NCBI RefSeq assembly: GCF_000009045.1
Contig: NC_000964.3
Location: 2,700,001-2,732,000, forward strand
Source of the DNA: Bacillus subtilis subsp. subtilis str. 168
GTDB taxonomy: Bacteria > Bacillota > Bacilli > Bacillales > Bacillaceae
DNA: 32,000 bases
Direction of reading: 5' to 3'
The notes beneath the pieces were generated by a model. It did no database searches, was not told where the DNA came from, and saw nothing but the letters and a program-made list of their open reading frames with translations. Shown in pieces: positions 25,723 to 32,000 of the stretch. The position numbers were made by a program, and so were the translations under genes. The number at the start of each line of letters is the position of its first letter. Within the stretch, counting starts at the first letter, position 1.

Positions 25723-25745
25723 TTAGAAATCATTTATTCTTCTAA
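25723..25745. promoter_or_regulatory. Perfect LysR-type T-N11-A box (TTAGAA-N11-TTCTAA)
   Basis: 6-bp perfect inverted arms with an 11-nt spacer. It ends 91 nt upstream of the gltR ATG, in the yrdN-gltR divergent region. Confidence 0.5.
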
Positions 25746-25836
25746 GCTTTAGTTTACATGAAGCTCTGCTATCATATATAATTCAAAATTAAGATGGAAG
25801 ACATCTCAAAATCAGATATCAACTATGGAGGACTAG

Positions 25837-26727
25837 ATGAATATTCAGTTGTTACAGGTTTTTCTCACTACTGCTCGTGAAGGCAGTATTTCCAAGGCTG
25901 CTCTGACTTTAAATTATGCACAATCGAATGTAACGAATAAGATACAACAACTAGAAAACGATTTACAGACAAAATTATTCTATCGTCATAGTCGAGGAAT
26001 CACACTTACTCCCCCAGGGCAAATTCTTGTTTCTTACTCAGAGAAAATTCTACATACTATTGAAGAAGCTAGAGCAGCCATGGGCGAATCATCCGCGCCT
26101 TCTGGGCCACTGCGTATAGGATCAATGGAAACAACAGCTGCAGTTTGGCTTCCTCAACTCCTTGCACATTATAATAACCTCTATCCAAATGTTGATTTGA
26201 ACCTAGTAACCGGCCCTACGGAACAACAAATACAAGCAGTTTTACATTATGAGTTAAACGGCGCTTTTATTTCAGGGCCTATTGAACACCCTGATTTAGT
26301 TCAAGAAAAGGTATTGGATGAAGAGATGGTTCTTGTTACAAGTGCTTCACACCCTGTGATTTCTTCCATTCAGGATGTTCAAACACAAACAATGCTTGTA
26401 TTCCGTAAAGGATGCTCATACAGAGCAAAGCTCAATCATATCCTGCAAGAAGAAGGTTTATTACCTATAAAATTAATGGAATTTGGCATACTTGAAGCGA
26501 TCATTGGCTGTGTAAGCGCCGGCTTGGGGATTTCACTGCTGCCTCGTTCAATCATTGCTTCGCATGAAAAAGAAGGCCGCATCCGCAGCCACACTATCTC
26601 TGACAAATATTCTTTTGTATCAACTATGTTTATAAGGCGGAAAGACACTTTAATTACCCCTGCTTTATCTGCTTTTTTAACGCATATGAGGGATCATTTT
26701 CAGATAAAGAGGCCAGATCAATCGTAA
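25837..26727 (+). CDS. gltR: LysR-family transcriptional regulator
   Basis: 296 aa with the HTH SISKAALTLNYAQSNVTNKIQQLE. SD GGAGGA precedes it. Confidence 0.9.
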   Translation: MNIQLLQVFLTTAREGSISKAALTLNYAQSNVTNKIQQLENDLQTKLFYRHSRGITLTPPGQILVSYSEKILHTIEEARAAMGESSAPSGPLRIGSMETTAAVWLPQLLAHYNNLYPNVDLNLVTGPTEQQIQAVLHYELNGAFISGPIEHPDLVQEKVLDEEMVLVTSASHPVISSIQDVQTQTMLVFRKGCSYRAKLNHILQEEGLLPIKLMEFGILEAIIGCVSAGLGISLLPRSIIASHEKEGRIRSHTISDKYSFVSTMFIRRKDTLITPALSAFLTHMRDHFQIKRPDQS

Positions 26728-26819
26728 ATAAATGGATGGAAGGCATGCTTCGCCTCAAAATACCCCTGATCAGTTGTCTGATATAAAAATATAGGCGCAT
26801 CTCAATGTTTGTATAGAGC

Positions 26820-26856
26820 AAAAAAGCAAACTTCGGTATGTAGTTTGCTTTTTCTT
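26820..26856. terminator. Bidirectional terminator (gltR on the plus strand, brnQ side on the minus strand)
   Basis: AAGCAAACT pairs with AGTTTGCTT, flanked by A5 and T5. Confidence 0.75.
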
Positions 26857-26884
26857 CGTGATTTTGCACTCTGAATCGTGAAAC

Positions 26885-27159
26885 CTAGTCGATATTAGGA
26901 TGTAGATTTTCCTCATTCAAAGAATTTTGAACGAAGGTCATTGCCCTAGACACTTGGTTGCGTCTTGAAGTTAAAGGCTGACTATTTCCTAAAGCGTCAA
27001 TCGCTCTCACAACTATTAAATATTCACCTACAGATTTCGGGTGACAACGGGAAGATTGATATTTTCGGTTGGACAGGGGCAGAACATCCAATTGTAACAG
27101 TTGAAGTATCCACTGATGGAGGAGATCCTGCAGATCTGAGTGATATTGCTGTTGATTGA
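26885..27159. pseudogene. Relic of a sulfite-oxidase-family Moco dimerisation domain, with motifs split between the two strands
   Basis: The minus strand reads GEYLIVVRAIDALGNSQP (family motif RA-D--GN-QP). The plus strand reads IDIFGWTGAEHPIVTVEVSTDGG (family motif G-A--G---I--VEVS-DGG). No intact ORF is present. Confidence 0.35.
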
Positions 27160-28482
27160 TCAACTTGTTTTTGTTCGGAATATACTCAGTATATAGCCGC
27201 ATATTCCTCCTGCAATAGCTGGAATGAGCCACCCCAGCCCTATGTTATACATAGGAAGAATCTGAGTGAAAATACGATTCACAACTTCAATTTTTATTCC
27301 AGCCGCCTTCAAACCGTCAAATAGGCTGATGATGAATGCGAATAATAAACTGCCTTGATACACTTCTGTCTTCCCTTTAAATACAGAATGCAAAAACGTT
27401 AAAAATATTAAGGAAATCGCGATAGGATACATCGTCAGTAAGACAGGCATTGACACCTTAATGAGCTGGGTTAATCCTATATTTGCGACAAGCGTACTAA
27501 ACACTGATAAAACGACAGCAATTTTTTTATAAGAAATGTTCGGAAATAATTCATGAAAAAATGAAGAACACGCTGTGATCAGCCCGACACTTGTCGTCAG
27601 ACACGCCACTGTAATCATTAAGCCCAATAAGATTGAACCATAAGATCCAAAATAATAGGATGAAACCTTAGCCAAAACCTCTGCTCCATTTTCTAAAATC
27701 CCCAGTTCTTCAACGCTGGAAGCCCCCATATAGGAAAGGGCTGTATACATAACTGCTAAGAGTACAGCTGCAATCGCGGCTGCTTTTGCACAAACAACTA
27801 TCAGCTGTTTTTTGGTAGAAGCTCCTTGTTCTTTCAATGCATTCACGATGATAATTCCAAAAACAAATGCTACAAGGGCATCCAGAGTGAGGTATCCTTC
27901 CTGAAATCCTTTAAAAAACGCTTGTGATGTGTACCCTTTTGATGGTGCTTGAATGGTTCCAATTGGGCGAATAAGAGCTACGGCTACAAGCAATCCGATA
28001 AATGTCAGCTTAATTGGCGTCAAAAATTTACCAACTATATCAATGATTTTTGAAGGATTGAGTGATAACAAGCATGCCAATGCGAAAAATAATATTGTAA
28101 ATATGATCAATGAGACAGGGCTTGCATCATTTGATAAAAAAGGTTTTACCCCAATTTCAAACGATACGTTTCCTGATCTCGGGATAGCGAAAAAAGGCCC
28201 GATTGCCAAATAGAGAATCGTCGTAAATACAATGCCAAACACCGGGTGAACACGGCTGGCTAACGACTGTAAGTTTTGTTTACCCGAAAAAACAAATGCT
28301 GTTATAGCCAGTAATGGCAATCCAACTCCGGTCACTAAGAAACCTGCATTAGCGACCCATACATTTTTCCCGGCCAATTGACCAAGCATAGGCGGAAAAA
28401 TGAGATTTCCTGCTCCAAAAAACAATGCAAATAGCATTAATCCTATAATGATGATATAGGAAGCAGACACTTTTTTTGACAT
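27160..28482 (-). CDS. brnQ: Branched-chain amino acid:cation symporter (LIVCS family)
   Basis: 440 aa from the ATG at 28482 (SD GGAGGA). It has FGAGNLIFPP near the N-terminus and 12 TM segments. Confidence 0.92.
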   Translation of the reverse strand: MSKKVSASYIIIIGLMLFALFFGAGNLIFPPMLGQLAGKNVWVANAGFLVTGVGLPLLAITAFVFSGKQNLQSLASRVHPVFGIVFTTILYLAIGPFFAIPRSGNVSFEIGVKPFLSNDASPVSLIIFTILFFALACLLSLNPSKIIDIVGKFLTPIKLTFIGLLVAVALIRPIGTIQAPSKGYTSQAFFKGFQEGYLTLDALVAFVFGIIIVNALKEQGASTKKQLIVVCAKAAAIAAVLLAVMYTALSYMGASSVEELGILENGAEVLAKVSSYYFGSYGSILLGLMITVACLTTSVGLITACSSFFHELFPNISYKKIAVVLSVFSTLVANIGLTQLIKVSMPVLLTMYPIAISLIFLTFLHSVFKGKTEVYQGSLLFAFIISLFDGLKAAGIKIEVVNRIFTQILPMYNIGLGWLIPAIAGGICGYILSIFRTKTS

Positions 28483-28646
28483 TATATATCCTCCGATTAA
28501 AGTAGACACTTCTTGAATAGCCAGGAAACATTACAGATGCTATTTGCACTGGCACAGTGTTGATTCCAAAATAAGCTTGTGTCAGTTTTATATATTTTTA
28601 TCAAGTTAAATAAAAGCATGATCATTTTGATCGTTTCCGATATCGG

Positions 28647-28979
28647 TTAAAAAACCAATTGCACCAAAACCATATAAACAACGGTTCCCCCCGCTATGGA
28701 AAGAAGCATATTTTTCTTCCACAAGTGAAGCAGTACAACAGCAGCTGCTCCAACCAATTCAGGAATGCCATGACTTCCAGAAAGTAGACTCACATCTTTC
28801 AAACAATAAATGACTAAAAGCCCGATTACCGCTGATGGCAGCACTTTACCAAGATACTGTACATATTTCGGTGTCGGTTTGCCAGACGGGAAAATCATGA
28901 ATGGAAGGAACCGTGTCAGCATTGTTCCAAGCACGACCATTGCGATGGTGATCATTTGCTGCGTCATAGTCATCGTCAT
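28647..28979 (-). CDS. azlD: Branched-chain amino acid exporter small subunit
   Basis: 110 aa and hydrophobic. Its start overlaps the azlC stop (ATGA). Confidence 0.88.
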
Positions 28980-29740
28980 ACGGAAACCTCAGCTTTCTCC
29001 AATGGTTTTCTCAGAACAGTCAGTACCCCTAAAATGGCGAGCATAGCAGGAATAATAAATTGGTTTCCGCCAAAAAGGATAAGACTGGCTACTGAAAGTC
29101 CAAGTCCCGTGAGAGCACTGTAATGCTTTTTCTCTTTCATCCATTGTTCTATGAATATCACAATAAACAGAGCAGTCATCACAAAATCAAGCCCTTCGGT
29201 ATTAAACTTCACGTACGACCCAAAAATACCTCCTATCGCTGCCCCCGCGACCCAATATAAATGATTAAGCAGTGTCACAAAAAACATAAACCAGCCCTTA
29301 TCAACATTCGCCGGAACATTAGCGGTATAATTGATAGAAAATGATTCATCGCACATTCCGAAAATCAGATAAAGCTTTTTCTTTCCAGTCCCCCTGTACT
29401 TATCCAACATGGAAATTCCATAAAACAAATGCCGGGCATTGACCATTAACGTCAAAAAAAGAGCATTCATAGGGTTGAACGCACCAAGTAAAAAATTCGC
29501 TGCAACAAACTCCATTGAGCCCGCAAATATCATAAAACTCATGATGATTGGATAGATTGCGCTAAATCCCAAAGAATGCATAAAGATCCCATAAGCTATC
29601 CCCAAAAATAAAAACCCCGCAAAAATCGGAATGGTATATGGGAATGCAGAACGAAATGCAGCCCATATTTGACTTCTCTTATTCATATGAGTGTTTATAG
29701 CAGGAGAGCTTAAATGTAACGATTCTTTATTTTTATTCAA
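28976..29740 (-). CDS. azlC: Branched-chain amino acid exporter large subunit (AzlC family)
   Basis: 254 aa and polytopic. It is coupled to azlD. Confidence 0.88.
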
Positions 29741-29752
29741 ATCAACAACCTC

Positions 29753-30226
29753 CTACATTTCATCAATTGGCACACTGACAGTTCTTTTTTCTGTACTCAT
29801 GACTATGCTTGTGTCAACTCCACTAATAGCAGGGTTCTGCATTAATGAATCAATGATAAAATTCCGATAACTCTCCATGTCCTTCGCCACAATCTTAAGC
29901 ATATAGTCATGGCTTCCTGTAAGTGTGTAGCATTCTTGAACCTGTGGGAATTTGTTTATATCCTCTAAAAATGAATGAATTGTCTCCCTATTTAAGGGTG
30001 ATAAGTTGATGAGAGCTAGTGCTGTGACTTCGATTCCAAGTTTTTTCTCATCAACAATAGTCGTAAACTTTTTAATTATACCTGCTTCTACTAGGTTCTT
30101 TGTTCTTGCAAGGCAAGCTGATGGTGAAAGCCCAATTTTCTTAGATAAATTTAAATTTGATATTGAAGCATCTTCCTGCAAATCTCTTAAGATGGCCTTA
30201 TCAGTTTCGTCAAGCATAATACCCAT
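29753..30226 (-). CDS. azlB: Lrp/AsnC-family transcriptional regulator
   Basis: 157 aa with an N-terminal HTH (LDETDKAILRDLQEDASISNLNLSKKIGLSPSACLARTKNL) and a RAM domain. Confidence 0.9.
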   Translation of the reverse strand: MGIMLDETDKAILRDLQEDASISNLNLSKKIGLSPSACLARTKNLVEAGIIKKFTTIVDEKKLGIEVTALALINLSPLNRETIHSFLEDINKFPQVQECYTLTGSHDYMLKIVAKDMESYRNFIIDSLMQNPAISGVDTSIVMSTEKRTVSVPIDEM

Positions 30227-30559
30227 TTCACAACCCCCAATACAACTTAACAGAATTATATTTCATACAATTTAAATAATAACGAATTTTTATTCGTTAA
30301 TCAAATATTATTTAAATTTAAATCCTTTTAAAGTATTATTCACAGAATAAAATTATCCTCGCGATTAACTCATAATGAAATTAACTTACATCAGAAAGAA
30401 GTCATGGGAGAGTTATGTACTTGTGTGACTTGATACCAACATCATAAGAAACTTATCAGAAGCCAAAAAGTTATTGCGGTCTCACCGAAAATTGAATTTG
30501 CGGTGCCCTATTGCCTTTTTCCGCGAACGAAAATTGTTAAAATTCGCAAAACAGAAAGT

Positions 30560-30835
30560 CTACTCTATTATTATTTTAAATTCGTCCTTTAGTTCTTCTT
30601 GAGCCTCTTGTATAACTTCTAATACATCGTCAGCGTATGAACCTAAAAATGTATTGCTGAACTCAAAATTTTTCAAGACTAAAGTGAGCGGCAAATCCAC
30701 CCACCCTGTCAGGCAATCCCATAAAGCGTCTAAATTTCTCCCATAGTAGTCTGGGAAGTCTAGTTTATCTTTTAAATCATCATGTAAAACTTCTATATTT
30801 TCAAAGTCTCTTCCATCTATTATTATTTTTCTCAT
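30560..30835 (-). CDS. yrdF: Barstar-family ribonuclease inhibitor
   Basis: 91 aa with YYGRNLDALWDCLTGWV, nearly identical to the barnase-binding helix of barstar (recalled from memory). Confidence 0.9.
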   Translation of the reverse strand: MRKIIIDGRDFENIEVLHDDLKDKLDFPDYYGRNLDALWDCLTGWVDLPLTLVLKNFEFSNTFLGSYADDVLEVIQEAQEELKDEFKIIIE

Positions 30836-30910
30836 TAGAAACTATGCCCTCCATTATTTTATCTTAACAAACGTTTACTATGTAACAGCTGTTTGTCCAA
30901 ATGAGGCTGA

Positions 30911-30951
30911 AAACAAATAAAAAACACCGATAGGATGAAACTATTGGTGTT
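30911..30951 (-). terminator. Terminator downstream of cypA
   Basis: AACACCGATAG pairs with CTATTGGTGTT (one G-U pair), followed on the minus strand by TTTTTTATTT. Confidence 0.75.
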
Positions 30952-31106
30952 TGCAAGACATCTTCATACCCGGTAGGCATAAATAATGCTAAACTTTGTT
31001 TTTAAAAAGCTATCATATCAAATTTTTATGTTACAGCTTTTACTATCGTTTAATCTAATTGAGGAGTAAAACAAGATATGTTTGAAAATCACATATCCCC
31101 TAAAAA

Positions 31107-32000
31107 TTAAAAACTAATCGGCAGTTCTTCGAGTGCTCTCATCAGAAAATTCCCTTTCCATTTCATTTGTTTCTTTTCGCCTTTTAACTGTATATTTGGA
31201 CAGCGGCGTAATAAGGTGGAAATCGCAATCTTTGCTTCTAAGCGGGCTAGCTGTGCACCAAGACAAAAATGATTGCCATGGCCAAAAGCAATATGGCGGT
31301 TGTTCTTTCTTTCAATATCAAATATGTCGGCATTTGGAAATATCTTTTCATCACGGTTTGCTGATGCTAAAGAAATGATGATCACATCTTTCCGTTTAAT
31401 CTCCTGCCCATGCAGTATAAACGGTTCAGCCGTCCAGCGAATTGTCGTTAGCTCAACAGGGCTGTGAAACCGCAATGCTTCTTCTATGGCTGAATTCATC
31501 AAGTCCGGCTGCTGGCGGAGCTTTTCTAGTTGATCATGGTGACACATCAGAGCATATGTCATATTGGTGATTAAGTTTACGGTTGTTTCATGACCTGCAA
31601 CGATAAGCAGCATAATCATCGAGTACAATTCTTCTGTACTTAATTGTGTGCCTTCACTTTCCGCTTGAATTAATGCACTGATTAAATCTCCTGCAGGTTC
31701 TCTCCTTTTTTTGCGAACTAAGGATTCCAGATATTCAACAAACTCCCCTAACAAGTGGTCATTCTCCTGAAGTCTTTCAGGGGCATCTGAAAAATCAATA
31801 ATTGCTTGCGACCATACTCTGAATTTTTGACGATCTTCCAAGGGAATGCCGAGCATTTCACTTATCACGATAATCGGCAATGGAAACGCATAATCGTCTA
31901 CTAGGTTCATGAATTTGTTGGGCTGCACTTTATCCAATAAAGAATCTGCGATATGCTGGATTTTGTCTTCCAACTGCAAAATCATCCGATGCGTAAATGC
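31107..32000 (-). CDS. cypA: Cytochrome P450 (C-terminal ~297 aa; the 5' end lies beyond the window)
   Basis: Heme-binding loop FGHGNHFCLG, an ExxR motif (EEALRF) and the I-helix AGHETT. The frame stays open to the window edge (AFTHRMILQLE). Confidence 0.9.
   Translation of the reverse strand, partial: AFTHRMILQLEDKIQHIADSLLDKVQPNKFMNLVDDYAFPLPIIVISEMLGIPLEDRQKFRVWSQAIIDFSDAPERLQENDHLLGEFVEYLESLVRKKRREPAGDLISALIQAESEGTQLSTEELYSMIMLLIVAGHETTVNLITNMTYALMCHHDQLEKLRQQPDLMNSAIEEALRFHSPVELTTIRWTAEPFILHGQEIKRKDVIIISLASANRDEKIFPNADIFDIERKNNRHIAFGHGNHFCLGAQLARLEAKIAISTLLRRCPNIQLKGEKKQMKWKGNFLMRALEELPISF

Noticed and set aside
26654-26869. A 71-aa minus-strand ORF overlapping the gltR 3' end and the terminator. 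The 115-aa ORF 26885-27232 overlapping the brnQ 3' end was also considered.
   Set aside because: The first is antisense to gltR and crosses a terminator hairpin. The second is open only because the Moco-domain relic happens to be fused in frame to sequence overlapping the brnQ 3' end in another frame. It is treated as a relic, not a gene.
30281-30300. The perfect AT-rich palindrome TAACGAAT-tttt-ATTCGTTA upstream of azlB, as a terminator or an AzlB operator.
   Set aside because: It could be either. It is all A/T apart from two C/G pairs per arm, has no U-tract context, and I know no AzlB consensus to compare against. It is noted but not called.
1-32000. A search for CRISPR arrays, rRNA or tRNA genes, intact transposases or IS elements, toxin-antitoxin pairs and known defence-system gene sets.
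   Set aside because: I saw no regularly spaced direct repeats and no structured-RNA gene signatures. The only mobile-element enzymes are the two fragments reported (recombinase and amidase). No nuclease, helicase or ATPase combinations typical of defence islands are present.

Overview
This window matches, from memory of gene order and protein sequences, the Bacillus subtilis 168-type chromosome just outside the skin element. No database search was possible. It starts in the last ~1.36 kb of skin (yqaC, yqaB) and crosses the junction into the 3' half of the split sigK gene (spoIIIC). It then runs through yrkR-yrkQ-yrkP (PsiE-like protein plus a two-component system), yrkO, yrkN, yrkL and yrkK. 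Next come the sulfur-relay cluster yrkJ-yrkI-yrkH-yrkF-yrkE-yrkD, yrkC, bltR-blt-bltD, yrkA (mpfA), yrdR/yrdQ, czcO-czcD, yrdN/gltR and brnQ-azlD-azlC-azlB. The window ends with yrdF (barstar-like) and the 3' part of cypA. I found no rRNA, tRNA or CRISPR. The best candidate system is the yrkD-yrkJ cluster. It encodes a two-Cys CstR-type (not Cu-CsoR-type) repressor, and near-identical GC-tract pseudo-palindromes sit inside two consensus sigma-A promoters. These control TusA, DsrE-like, rhodanese, metallo-beta-lactamase and TauE genes, and no sulfide:quinone reductase is present. In this sequence the cluster looks partly decayed. One DsrE-like gene is frameshifted, yrkH has an A7-tract frame problem at its 5' end, and the rhodanese-like ORF has ATC where its SD predicts a start codon. 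Other points worth a second look: a dead serine-recombinase fragment just outside skin, a CwlA-like amidase fragment next to bltR, and a ~55-80 bp diverged direct repeat flanking the yrkR-yrkN block. There is also a perfect 19-bp inverted repeat mirrored between yrkP and yrkO, and a Moco-dimerisation-domain relic with motifs on both strands. All coordinates and alignments were worked out by hand.
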